A stretch of DNA of 64,000 nt from Selaginella moellendorffii (lineage: Eukaryota > Plantae > Lycopodiophyta): NCBI RefSeq assembly GCF_000143415.4, contig NW_003314322.1:745430-809429 (forward strand). Reading direction: 5' to 3'. The position numbers and the translations under genes are program-made. Every line of letters starts with the position of its first letter. Within the stretch, counting starts at the first letter, position 1. Under the pieces are notes generated by a model. That model searched no databases. It saw only the letters and a list, made by a program, of their open reading frames with translations, and was not told the origin of the DNA. This document shows positions 36,083-49,559 of the stretch, piece by piece.

Positions 36083-37462
36083 TCAAATCGAAAGCATGTT
36101 ATTCTTCTCTGGAAGCGGCTGGATCAGAGATTGTTGGTCTAGAGCTTGTCGAAACTCAGCGATCAAATCTCCAGCTCGAGCCAGGCCTTCGAGACGAGGA
36201 CGCGGTGAGCTCCTATCACCGAGTGTCTTCACTAGAGCGCTCCCGATGATAACTCCGTTGGCCCCCCACTTGGCAATCTACACGAAGTGAGATTAGAGAG
36301 TTCTACGAGATGTTGCTCTTGTTCTTGTTCTTACTTGCGTTGCATGCTCGGGTCTTGAGATCCCAAACCCAACAGCGATGGGAATGTCGGTAAGCTGTGG
36401 CAGGTACACTCGAATTAGCACGAAGAACTCCGGCACTGTGGATAGCAAACCTCTTTCAACTCCTTCAGAAGGAGCTCGACTTGGCCGTTGACAGTGGGAC
36501 GAGGCCCAGTTTGTCCGGTGGAGCTCACCTGGATTGCATCATGAGATGTTACACACAAGATTTAAGTAAGAAAAGTCGAAGAGCTCACCTGATAAATGAA
36601 GCCCCGTGAGAGTGCCGCTATCTCTTGCAACCTTCTCCTGGAACTCGTGGGTGTAGCCAACAGTACCTGTCCCAAATCCAAAGTGATTCATGAGTTCCAA
36701 CTTCCAAAGCAAGGTTCTAAAAGATTCTAGTGTAAATGTTTCTCACGAGCTCAATGTCGTAGTCTGCGGCTAGCAGAGCAAACGCCCGAGTTTCTTCGGC
36801 TGGAAGATCCGGAACGATAAGGCCTGAAGAATCTCCAAGATGTAAAATTCGTTGCGATGAACGAGAGGTTTCATACCAGAAACATCAGCTGCCTTGATGT
36901 CTCGAAAGAAACGTTGAGCACCACACTCGCTTATGGTCTCAAAGTACGTCAATAAAACCAGTGGCGAAGACAGCGTCGGTGCAACCTCGCAGACCATGGA
37001 CAGAACAGAGTCTAGATTCGTGCCGTTTTCCATCGACTTCGTAACCGAATTCTGGATGAACCATTGACAAAGAGAGAAAAAAACATTAGAAAAAGAAATA
37101 GAGAAGAACGATGATTGTAGAAATCTTACGCGTATTATTGGACCGTCAGCGAAAGGATTTGAGCAAGGGATTCCAAGCTCGATCACATCGGCACCTCCGG
37201 CAGCTAGCAGCCGGAGTGCGTCGGCAGTAGTATCAAGACTTGGGCAGCCAGCGGTGAGGTATGGCATCAAAGCCCGCTGCAAGGAAACACAACAATGGGG
37301 CTTTTCAGCCAACATTTTAAGCACTCCTACCTTGTTCTTCATTTGAAGTTGTGAAAGCTTCAAGCCCACTTTTCCCAGTTTTCTATGATCATCGATTGCA
37401 ATGCCATGGGCATGGGGAGCACAAGAAGGTAAGGTTAGCAAATCCATCAAATGTTTGTGCAT
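36083..37462 (-). CDS. Tryptophan synthase alpha-like protein (divergent; start codon uncertain)
   Basis: ALMPYLTAGCP, VIELGIPCSNPFADGP, GLIVPDLP, VLLATPTS..GFIYQ|VSSTGQTG, PIAVGFGIS, GANGVIIGSA; exons open. Confidence 0.85.
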
Positions 37463-38707
37463 ATATTCTTTCGATAAGCTCTTCTTATAAAGTGTGAGGC
37501 TTGTTACTGTATTAGAACGTACACGAGACTTGTTACCAAAGCAAACGTGGAAAATATGAAACAATATGGCTGTTGAAGTTTCAACACGCAATTGAAAACT
37601 GATGGATGGACATATCATTGGGCCATATGTGAAAATGATAAGTCATTTTCATCGAGAGCAATAAGAAAGTTTTGGTATATTTGAATAGCACCAACCAATC
37701 CCACAATTGTGAACATTCTTTTGTCTCCTTATATATGGTGATCATTTTGTTATTAACACTTGCCCCACCACATATGGTATATATGACAATCAATTTGTTA
37801 TTAACACTTGCCCCAAGAGGAAACCTATATAGCACCAGGATTAGGATTGGCTTCTTTTTAGGTGAAGACTTAATTTATAAACTTTCTTAAACCTTTTCTA
37901 GCATATCCTTTTTTATTCTATCATCTAATAGTTGATATGCAATAAGATTAATCTTATGTTTATGAATTATAAACATGCTTATAATTATAAATTTTATTTG
38001 ATCAATTGAATTAATAAGTAATAATAACACTACTATTAAGCAAACCAAGCATTGCTACATACAATGCATAGCAATTTATTTTCATTTATGATCATGCATA
38101 AACATGCATTTTTATCTTGCCATATATGCATATTTTTCCACCTCAATGCCATGTATGGAATTACAGCTCAACTTCAATGCCACAAAGCTAAGTATACCCC
38201 CACTCTTAGGACATTTAAATATTAATATCCAATACTGATATATTTAATCACTAATAAAAGTTAGATTAAGGAACAATTCTGATGCCACATTATAAATGAC
38301 TAATTTTTTATTCTAATTTAATTATTTAACCACACTTTTGACCCTATAAAGGAGTCTCACTCACAACCTTTATAATTCCTCATTCCAACTTGGGGACTTG
38401 CTAGCCTCCGAAGGGTGACTTCAAAGTAACACCATCTTTACACTTGGTTTAAGTGCTTTATGTGTCCCATTACGCTATAAACACCCAAAAGTATCCTTGA
38501 TATATCACATATTCATAATTTATAAACTTTTTAAAACTTATATTCACTCTAGCTTTGGACTCTTTAGTAGTTATATCATTACCCATTATATAGATGTAAA
38601 CTTCTTTGATCACACTAGCCTTTCCTGGCTAAACTAGTTCCATTAAAATTCAACTTCCATACTCTCCCTATTATACTTTTGGAACCCACTTAGAAGATAA
38701 TTACTTT

Positions 38708-38882
38708 TGTGAGGGCCAAGTGTACGGTTACGATGCCGTATACTAATATTAGCGTAGTGGGATTTTGGTAGCCGTCGGATTGGTTTCAATCTGGACCACT
38801 CACTCCTGTATATAAGCTAGGGTTTTTGGGCCAATTGATATGCACATTTCTATATTCCCTTTCCATATTCCAAGCACTCACA
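38708..38882 (+). repeat. Gypsy 5' LTR
   Basis: Direct repeat of 43543-43717, with 4 transitions. Confidence 0.95.
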
Positions 38883-41800
38883 TTGGTGGAGTTGAAGGGC
38901 ACCTTTGATTGCCCCTGAGGAGTGCTTGAATTTGGGATTTTGTTTTAGATCTAGCTTTTGCATTGTTTAGATCTAGCTTTTTCCATTTCCTTTCTTTTGT
39001 TCTTTCTTTTCAGGGTTTTGGTTTAGATCTAGCTTTTTGCATTGTCTAGATCTACCATTTCCTTCTAGCTTTTTGTCATTTCTCTTCTTTTGCTCTTTCT
39101 TTTTTTTCGTTCATCTTCATGGCAGATCAGCAATCTCCTCCTTTGATTCTAGAGCAGTAGTTGGTACAATTGCTTGATGCTATGCGCTTGCAATTGAACA
39201 GCCAAACTCAGTTAATGGCGGCGTTCACGGCACGTGGTACAACTCCTCCTCCTCTTGGTGCCAATCCTCGCATTCGGCCAGAGTTCTTTCGTGGGAATCC
39301 TGGGGATGATGTGTACCATTGGTTCGATCACTTCATGGTGATTGCCACATATCATTCTTGGGATGATGCTCGACGGTTGCGTGAGTTTCCCACGTGTCTC
39401 CAAGGGACGACATTGCAGTAGTACAATGGTTTGAGCGCAACCACTCGTGGGGATTGGAGTGTTCTCCCGGACGTCTTCAAACGCGCCTTTGGACATGCCG
39501 ATGATTGTGATGATGCTTTCCAACAATTGCATCATCTTCGCTAAGGGCCATCTGAGTCGGTGATACAATTTGGCGTTTGTTTCCGAAGTCTTTTGCTTCG
39601 TGCGGAGCCAAATATGTTGGAGCGGATCAAGCTAGGAATGTTGTGTCCAGCACTTCATCAAGATCTTGTCGGCCTTGTGCATGCACTTGCTCCTGCCACC
39701 CTTGACGATGCTCTTCGCTTGGCACAACGTTATGAGACATTGCCTTTTCCACTTCTCGCTGCACGTCCTTCCGCTCCACTTCCTATGGGTGATTGGTCCT
39801 GTTCCAATGGAGGTTGATGCTGCTGCTACTCGAGTCCAAGGACAAGCGCGAGGACGTGGTCGTGGCCGTAATGTTCGCTGTTGGGCGTGTGATGAAGTTG
39901 GTCATACTTATCAGCGTTGCCATCGTTTTCCGGATTGGCGACCTCCATTTCCTGGGTGGAGACCTTGGCATCAGCAACGTCCCGTGGGTGCTGCTGCAGT
40001 GGAAGGTCTAGACACCGAGATGCATCCGGGAAACGAGGAGTCGTGCGAGTAACGGAGGGACCTTGCGAGAATAAATCAGTGACCCCTCCATCTTTCTTTC
40101 GAGAGTATCATCAAGGGGTTCACTCGGCACCAGTTCATCCAGTGTTTACTTTCCAAGCTCATTTTTATAACAAGAGGTCTCCTATTATTCTCTCTGTGTT
40201 GGTTGATACAGGTTCGAGTTTATCTTCTATTGCTTGACCTGTTGCCACACGTTGTCGTCTACACTTGTGTCGTGCGGCAGAACCAGTTTTCATTCTTTAT
40301 GGCAATGGCCGTACACATGTATGTGCACGGGATGAGGTGGACCTGGTTGTGCGTGTGGGCGATCTCGAGCTTGAGTTGCAGTCGTTGTGGGTGGTGCCGA
40401 GTCAAGCTTTTGACCTCATTCTTGGTATGGATTGGTTGCAGCGCAATCATGCTAAGTGTGACTTTGAGGCTTCTCCCCTTTGTCTCATACTTCCTTATGT
40501 TTCATCCATTCCTCTCACTTCCATACCTCTTCGTCCCTCTACTTCTACCTTTGCTTCCATTACTTTTGTTCCCCCACTCTTTCCTTCTGTGTTTCCATCT
40601 TGTTCTACTTTTCCCTTTTCCGATCCCTCCGACGATCTTTGTGTTGCAGCAGTTGACTAGCTCATGAAGGAGTATTCTGATCTCTTTGAATTTGACCTAT
40701 CGTCTAGGGCCAAGATTGCCACACGTCATCCGATTCCAACCGGGGATGCTCGTCCAATCAAGGTTCCTGTTCGTCGTCAGTCACCTAAGGAGATCAAGAT
40801 TTTATGAGCAAACGTCAAGGAAATGCTGGAGAAGGGTGTTATTCGGAAGTCGCAGAGTCCTTGGGCATATGAACCTCATCTTGTGACGAAGCCTGATGGG
40901 AGTATTCGTTTCTGCATCGACTATCGTCCGTTAAACGAAGTGACGATCCCAGATGTGTATCCTCTTCCTCACCCTGCTGATCTCTTGGATCGTCTAGGGC
41001 GAAGTCGTTGGTTCACCAAGCTAGATCTTGCTTCTGGGTATTGGCAAGTACCGATGGCCGGAGAAAATATTCCTAAGACTGCTTTTCATACACCATTTGG
41101 TTTGTATGAGTTCTTGGTGATGCTGTTTGGTTTGAACAATGCTCCAACAACTTTCCAGCAGATGATGGACGAGGTTCTTTGCGATATGCCGGAGGTGACT
41201 GCTAACTTCATTGATGATGTCTTGATCCACTCGGAGGGGACGTGGGAGGAGCACGTTCGTGATGTTTGTAAAGTGTTGGATCGGCTACGCGATGTTGGTT
41301 TAAAGTTGAAGCGGTCAAAGTTTGGGTCCAAGGACACAACTTATCTTGGGTACTGTATTTCTCGTGAGGGTTTGCAAGTTGATCCTGACAAACTTGTGGC
41401 TGTTCTAAAGTTCCCTACTCCGACGTGTGTGAATGATGTGCAGCGCTATTTGGGTAAAGTGCAGTATCTTGGTCGTTTTGTGGATCATCTTTCCGATCGC
41501 ACTACACCATTGCAAGCGTTGCTGAAGTCATCAATGTCATCTTTCATTTGGTCTCCGGATTGTGAGCGGGCGTTCATGGATCTCAAAGAGCTATTGACGA
41601 CTCCTCCGGTTTTGGCGTATCCTGACTACACTCGACCTTTTATTTTGCGCGTGGATGCTTCTGACATTGGTCTTGGAGGTGTGTTGATGCAAGAGAGCTC
41701 GAGTGTGCCTGGTCAGCGCCATCCCATTGCATACATAAGCCGTATATTACAACCAGCAGAGATGAACTACTCCACGACGGAGAAGAAGTGTTTAGCAACA

Positions 41801-43542
41801 GTCTGGGGTTTCGAGAAACTTCATGCATATCTACATGGTTCTCAGACATTACTTGAAGGTGACCATGTTGCTGTTACTTCATTATTGAAGCGGAAGAACC
41901 TAGTTGGTCGTACGGCTTGATGGGCTTTGAAGCTTCAGATATATGATTTCGATGTTGTTCATCGCCCAGAGAGTTCTATGGCTGATGCTGATGCCCTTTC
42001 TCGAGCTCCTCTTCCTTCTCCACTCACTTCTCATGTTTCTGACGAACCTGTTGTTCCAGCATTTGTGGATTTTCTAGATGAAGATTCTGTGCCATTGGAG
42101 GTTGCTGTCCTTGATGTTCAGTGTCCACAGGGCACAGAGCAAGATCTACCTTCTCTTGATGAGGTTCGCGAGGCTCAAAAGATTGAGCCGTGGATTTGAA
42201 GGCTTCGAGATGGGTTTGAGAATCCTGCATCACTTGCTGATGACTTGCCTTTCTGGCATTTACATTCTCAATATCGTCTTGAAGATGGCCTTCTTTATTT
42301 TGTGGGGACGGATCCTGATGATCATTTACGGCTGGTGGTGCCTTCGGTGTTTATTCCGTGGTTTCTCCATGCCTACCATGATTCTCCTGTTCTAGGTGGG
42401 CATATGGGACACCGTCGTGTCACCGAGAAGCTGCGCAGGTCTTTCTATTGGCCGGAGATGTGACGTGATATTATCCGGTATGTGCGTAGCTGCATTTGGT
42501 GCCAAGCTCGTAATACTCCCCCTCGTGCTGCGGAAGGACGGTTGGAGTCAATTGCGGTTTCCCGTCCGTTTGAGTTAGTGGCGTTTGATCTTATAGGACC
42601 TTTTCCACAGTCGACTGTTGGCAATGAGTATGTTATTATTGCTTCTGACTACTTGACTCGTTGGGTGGAAGTTGGTGCTCTTGCTAGCGCCTCTGCAACT
42701 GCTGTTGGATATTTCCTCCTCAATCGAGTGGTGTTCCAACATTCTTGTCCAGAGCGGATTCTTTCAGATAATGGTCCCGCATTTATGGCTGAGGTATTTC
42801 ATGTTTTGACATCTCGGTTGGGGATACGCCACACTTTTACGAGTGCTTATCATCCACAATCAGACGGTCTGGTGGAACGGCTTGTTCGGACATTCAAAGG
42901 GATGATTGCGAAGTATGTGAACTTTCAGCATTCAGATTGGGATGGTTATTTGCCGTCTCTTCGGTATGCATATGTTACAGGGGTGCAGAGTTCTGTTGGT
43001 GCTTCACCATATAAACTCCTATATGGTCATGATCCAATATTACCAACGGAGCTGGGTTTACCTTCGCGATTGCCACGAGCTGCCGATGCTAAATCATGGG
43101 ATCAATATTTGACGAGCATTCTTCTACTTGTCCGAGCAGAGTCTGCCGAACACTTAGGCCGCGTACAAGTGGGACAACAACGGCACTACAACTCCCATCA
43201 TCGTCCACCTGCGGAGTACAAAGTGGATGATTTGGTGTTAGTCCGTTTTCCCCATCTTACAGTACGTGGTTTATCTAAGGGGCTTCTTGCGCAATGGAAA
43301 GGACCGTATCAGGTGTTGCGGCAAGTTGGACCACAAGTTTATGAGGTTCGGCATGACGTTCAGCAGGCCGATCCTCCAGAGATTGTGCATGTGCAGTGGC
43401 TGAAACGCTTCGTACAAAGGGATCAGGAGGAGTTAATACCACCTACAGATCCACCGATGCCTCCTCCTGACGTTCCTCTGGATCCTGGCCCATCTTCAAG
43501 AGAACCCTGATGGTCTTCCATTATCCCGAGAGGAGGGGATGA

Positions 43543-43717
43543 TGTGAGGGCCAAGTGTACAGTTACGATGCCGTATACTAATATTAGCGTAGTGGGATTT
43601 TGGTAGCCGTCGGATTGGTTTCAATCTGGACCACTCGCTCCTGTATATAAGTTAGGGTTTTTGGGCTAATTGATATGCACATTTCTATATTCCCTTTCCA
43701 TATTCCAAGCACTCACA
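43543..43717 (+). repeat. Gypsy 3' LTR
   Basis: Direct repeat of 38708-38882, preceded by the PPT. Confidence 0.95.
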
Positions 43718-45199
43718 CTTTGTTTTCATTGCATTTATATTAATATTCATATTTAGTCTTGGACTGATACTTAGGGCCAAATTGGTTCTACTAAAGTTCA
43801 ACCCTATACTCCCTATTATACCTTTGGAACCCCCACTTAGAAGATAATTGCTTTGGTTTTCACTACATGAGTTGTATTAGTATTCAGACTTATCATATTT
43901 AGACTTGATCTTGGTCTTGGCCTCCATTTCAAACTTGGTCCTGATCGTTGATTAATCACTTCATACTCATTCCTTGAGCACTTCTTTAGGTTTTCAAATC
44001 AAAACTTTTAGTTTAAATATGTTATGTTAGTTGGATTTCCTCTTTGGCCACTGCCACATAGCCCACTTTTGGCTCCTTAAGTATTTGAAGACCCTTACCT
44101 AATTAAGAAAGGGGGTGCACTCTTATTCATAGATTTTTATTTGAACCTTTATAAATCATTTCTCAAATCGTTATCTTTAGTTACTTACAATTATGTAAAA
44201 TTTATTTGTTAGTGATTTTACATTGTATATGAAGCTCTTTATTCACCATTTACATAGAGACTCCTCCTCCATCTCCTTACATTGCACTTCCTTGCATGAA
44301 AACACCTCTTCCATCTCCTTGTGTTACATCTCCTCTTCTATCTTCTCGTGTTGTAATATATAGTAGCTCTGCTTATTGCATAAGAAACAACAAGCCTTAA
44401 CCAACAATCTGATCCAACCCTTAAATCTCACAACACAAGAATAATGCTTGGATAGCACAACATACCTAAAACACAAAGGAATGAGATATCACCTATGCAT
44501 AAAAAACTCTTGCCTAAACCTTGATCAATGCATGCTCTTACTCTTCAAATGCCCATGTCATGTATCTAGATAGCACACACAAAAGAACAAAAGTTTATAT
44601 ATAAAGAGGTTTCCCCCAAACCATGGTCAATATATGCTCCTACTCTTTGTCGCACCCAATATTGTGGGAAAGTTGTCACTCTCAACTATATAGGAAGGAA
44701 GAGTGCAATATAAAAGATAAAAAATCCCTTGCTAGATTTTATATGACATTTGTATCACATGTTTAAGTGCAATAGAAATATAATATGCATACTGATGTAG
44801 TAGAACCCAATATTGACATGGCAAGACCCTATGCTATACTTATGCACTCCAAATCATGTTTTAGTCCCTGAATAAAATGTAGTAATAATTATCTTTATAA
44901 TGTGACATGAGTGTTTACTTTATGTATACCTTTACTCTATCTTATGTTTTATTGTATATTAAGGTACCAAACTTGTCCGTTACAAATTAATTGCCATACA
45001 TATAGACATTTGTGAACACAAACTCTTTTTATCTTCTTAGTGACACTATTCTTATTCTTAGAAACAACATTCTATTATCTATTAAATTTCTTACACTTTG
45101 AGATTAAAAGGTCCTTGGTTCAAACCTAGACTAAAACATACAACAGAGACTTAATTTTTTCAAGAATGTCATAAACATTTTTATTACATTCCTGTAGGA

Positions 45200-47620
45200 A
45201 GAATGGAGTGAGTTTAACCTTTGATGTAGTATCGAATGAGAATGAAAGTTATGATTTTATGTATTATGTTGCAATTGATTGTAAAACATGGGTATGAAAT
45301 CTTCTTTATGGGCTTCATTACATTTTTATTTGTTAAGCCACTTGTTTTTTAGATTGTAAGTATTTTCTTTCTCATCAAGGTATGGTGCCATTACTACATC
45401 AATCCTATATATAAATCATTGTTGTGCTGAAGACTAAAAATAAAAGAATGTGTTGGTTTCTTTTGTTTTTCATAGATATGTTTTATTTATGTGAATGGAT
45501 GTCTCAAGAAATTTCAACCTATGATCACCTAAGCTTTCCTTGATAATGATCAGCCACTCCACTTCTTAGTTGCTTCATCTTAAAAGCAAAATCTAAAAGG
45601 TCAATTGCACAACAATAATGCTGCTTGATGGGCTAGATAATAAATTAATGATCATACAATTGTAAAACACTTGAGATGGAAGATTATTGAGTAGACCAAT
45701 GATAAAAAAATGTAATGAAAATTCTGATTAAAATGATGAAAGTTATTAATTTCTAGAGGAGTTTGATGGTAATAGAGATTGTTATAAACATTCTAGCATG
45801 ATGAAAAATAAAAATTAATTTCAATCAGTTTATTCAAACTTATTTGGACCTCCTAAGTGGCTAAATTTTATTTTGTCCTTTTTGTTGGCAAAAATGCTCT
45901 TAGTAAAAGAATTATCATCCCAATATAATATTTTTCTTGAGTTTCTTTTTGACAAGCTAGATTTTGTCAAAAACAAAAAAATAAAGACCCATTAAGAGAA
46001 ATACTTGTTAATTATTAGTTGTGTTTATTTTTGTGACTTGCAAGGTGGTCTATAATTAATTTTAGTTACTTTTTATTAGTTGTGAGATCAATTAAAAGCT
46101 ATTGCATATTGGTAAGTGGTATTAGTGAGTGTCAAAGATATTACTAGTAATCTTGAAACTCAACTAGTGTTGTTGAACTTCTTAGATTACTAATTTATCA
46201 CTAGCTCAAAAATATCATTCCACAAAAAACATAGGTTACAAGTTTTATGTGGTGATTAAAAGATGTGTTGTAAGGATCTATGCATGTTGGCCAAATACAA
46301 ATACAAAATTTAGAGTGTGTCTCACACTTAATTTTTCTTTATTGTTATAGGTAAGGAAGCATCCTAATCAATTTAATGGAGGGGCTTAAAAATTCATATA
46401 GGGGTCAATATCTATCAAATGTAACACTTAAACATTATTTAAAGTTTTAATATTTACCACAATAGTTTTGACTTTAAACTTTTACCTCAACCTCTCCAAT
46501 TGGAGAAGTTCTAGTGACAGATAATATTGAATTTTCTCTTGCAAAGGTGGTCTTAAGTCATGCATAAGCTATAATAATCATTATTAACATCATAGACAAG
46601 AAAAAAGAAAAGTAAAATTATGAACTTCAAAGGGTATGAAAAAGTTTCAAAATCTAAGTGTAAATAATTTTAAATCCAAAAATTCTAGTTTTTAGTATCT
46701 TAAAACAAGAGTTAAGCACTTAAGATCTAGAAAAGAAAATCGAAGGGAAGAGGAAAATATTAGAAAGCTTGTAAAATGGGCTTTAAGGAAGAAATATGCT
46801 CCCAATTGGATAAAAGGAGAATCTATAATTTTGAAAACTATATAGCATGTGAACTGGAAAGAAATGACTTAACAAGAGGGAAAAAATTTATCTATAAATG
46901 TTTAATGGTAGTTATTTATGAAGAAGATACAAGAGAAAACTTCTATAAAGTAGAACTTTATAGCGATGCTTGCAAGCACAAGTGGGAGAGCCTTGAGGGG
47001 ATGTATAAGAAGATCAAGAACCACAATAGGAAAACATATGTTCCAAACTTCCTCTTGCTTATATATTGTTTTTGAATGTGATTGCAAATATTAAAAGTCT
47101 TAGAAGCTAAATGCTCTAAAATTGTTCCAATATTATTCTATGCTTTCACTCTTTCATTCTTTGGTTGTACACTTAGAAGTTACTTTGTGCTCTAATTTCT
47201 TTCTTCCTTGGTTATATACTTAAGAGTTTGATTTTATCCCTTCATTTAGTAGCTTAAAGCATTAAAACTTAAGTTTTGCTCCATTGCCCTTGATATACAG
47301 GAAAGTGTGCCAAAGATCAAAGATATTTTAGAAAGAGATCTTTGATTTGGATAACCTATTGAATACACCATCTTTCTTTCCACTTGTAAAGGAATGGTCA
47401 ATTCTTTTTATAGCTTGTTTAGATAAATCTAGATTTCATTTATTACTGCCATATTTATTTCTATTTGAAAAGGAATGGTCAAACCTGGTTTCTATTAATT
47501 CAAATATTTACTTATTACTAATAATACATGTCTTTCAAGTCTATTAGTGCCCATTTGGAAGCATAAGACCAATATGTACCAAATGGGGTAGAATTAACTA
47601 TCTATACACTTTACACTCTC
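45200..47620. mobile_element. Possible heavily decayed PIF/Harbinger-like DNA transposon remnants
   Basis: Myb/SANT-like CKHKWESLEGMYKKIK at 46776-47075 and an AIDCK..W-like remnant near 45270 in AT-rich DNA. Weak support. Confidence 0.3.
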
Positions 47621-48149
47621 ATGGATTTAAAGAGGTGGAAGGTGATGAAAACACAAGAGAATGAGAAGGAAGCTTTATTGAGGCTTAAGCAGTTCACTAC
47701 ATCAAAGTTATTGATCTCCCTATAATAATTCATATTTTGGTTAAGATGTTAAACCTTAAATTAGGTTATGTAAGTCTACTAAACCTTCTATTCCTAACTT
47801 AAAAGCCTAGCCAGCTAAGCTGTGCCAATCTCGGGTTTGGGATCCAATGGCTAGCAGGCCTCCCCCTTATCGCTTTATATATATAGATATTACAACTTTC
47901 TTAGGTTTCTTGCTATTTATTGAAGTTTAAATTTTTGAAGTAGATTTTTGAATTTATGAAGAGGCTTGGCCTGTTACTAGTATTTAGAGTAGTAACTAGA
48001 TTTTGATTAGAGTTTAGATTTTTACATTAGTTCCTTTTGCTAGCTTGGATTAACTGTGGTTGTAAACAGTGATAAGTCCTTTTTTTTTCCAGATAGCAGA
48101 AGTGTAAAAGTGAATGAGGAGATGACAAGAAATAAAATTAATATAGAAA

Positions 48150-48800
48150 CTAATAAGTATGAAAAAGCCATATGGATGAGTTCATTATTTTTATTGACCT
48201 AGGGAAAAAGAGAATTGTGACACATGTTGCATTAGCCTCCTCGGCCTCCCTTGATTTAGGGTGTGCTGGGCAACTCTCCTTGGAGCTATACATACCTCTA
48301 GATCTTCTGGAAAAGCGCTGCTCAATCCATCCTGTGGCATTGCACACCATGATAACAAAGAAGAATGTAAATCCATTCGGCTTAGTGCCCTCCTTTAGCA
48401 GCTTGCCAATGATCTCCACCACCTTGGCTACATTGCCTTCATAGCTATAGTGTGTTCCACAAAACCATGTCCTTGGATATCACAGGGGAATCAAAGATGT
48501 GCTGAGCAATTCCACACTTGCCATAAGTATTGTTTGTGAAACTACTTCCTCTTGCAGATCCCAGCATCGAATTCCCTTCCGGTTTCCAAATCCACCAAAG
48601 TCCCACAAGCTATCAGTAACACGACTGCAAATATTGGCAGTGTTTCTTTCAGCTCCATGCATTCAAAAACTTTAAAACCATCTTGCTCTCCCTTGTCTTA
48701 GCATATCCTAGTATGTCATGATGCTCTCATCTGGATGAATACCACTCGAGCATCCAGCATGCTCTTACACTTTGCATAAGTGTCAACCAGGTGTTAGAGA
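48150..48800 (-). pseudogene. Decayed PPR remnant
   Basis: EGTKPNGFTFFFVIMVCNATG is PPR-like; the frame is fragmented. Confidence 0.5.
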
Positions 48801-49559
48801 TTGGAGATCAAGTGGCAGCAAGTTTGAAGCCACAATGCTCCTAGCTGCCATGGAATAAAAGATGTGCTAGCTTTCTTAATGGTGGAATCACAGCTTATAA
48901 GCTCGCTTTCTTATAGTGAGCTAACATTGAAGACAGCTCTAACATTGTGAGTCTGTGGCTTCATTCCTGCTACTTGCTCAGCTCATAGCTCTAGAACAGG
49001 TTTGTGGAAAATATGGTAGAGGCTCTTGACAGGATGGAGGATTAGATGGTTTTTTCCTGCCTAGGATACAACAACCAGGTTCAAAGTGAACTGTTTAGAA
49101 ATTGTCAAATCGGCATTGACATTGCTACCAGCAGTAGCCATAGCTAAATGGCAACAGCAGGTATGAGCAAGAGCCAAAGGTATGTGTTATTTTCTTCTCC
49201 CCACCAAAGCAATTTTGGTGGGCTCCAACAACAGATCCTTGAATCAATTTCTAACTATGATAGGTTGTCCAAGAGAAGTTCACCTTCAAGAGTGTAGAAA
49301 AGGTATGTAAACTTTTTTTGTACCATGGATTCGGGCTTGGGCTCAAAGTTCTTTCTTCTAGATTTTGAGAGCTATCTTTAAACATTTAAATTGGAATCAA
49401 GATGGTGAGGAGACAAATGTTAAACAATAAGCTTTGTCAACTGGCCAGAACTTCAGCTTCAAGATTTTTTTTGCAAAGTTCTTTCTTCTAGATTTTGAGA
49501 GCTATCCTTTGACGATGGTTGTTCCATTATTATCCAATCCATACATGTCATCGGAAAAA

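Larger units (their letters stand above)
38708..43717 (+). mobile_element. Full-length but mutated Ty3/gypsy LTR retrotransposon (gag-PR-RT-RH-INT, no chromodomain)
   Basis: 175-bp TG..CA LTRs, TGG-starting PBS, PPT gagaggaggggatga, CCHC knuckle, protease LVDTGS, RT (FIDD), integrase downstream of RT, TSD CTTT, several in-frame stops. Confidence 0.95.

Noticed and set aside
37730-37815. Short tandem duplication, plus tttagatctagctttt repeats at 38943-39070 and a 33-bp repeat at 49344/49474
   Set aside because: Ordinary local duplications without regular unique spacers; not CRISPR-like.
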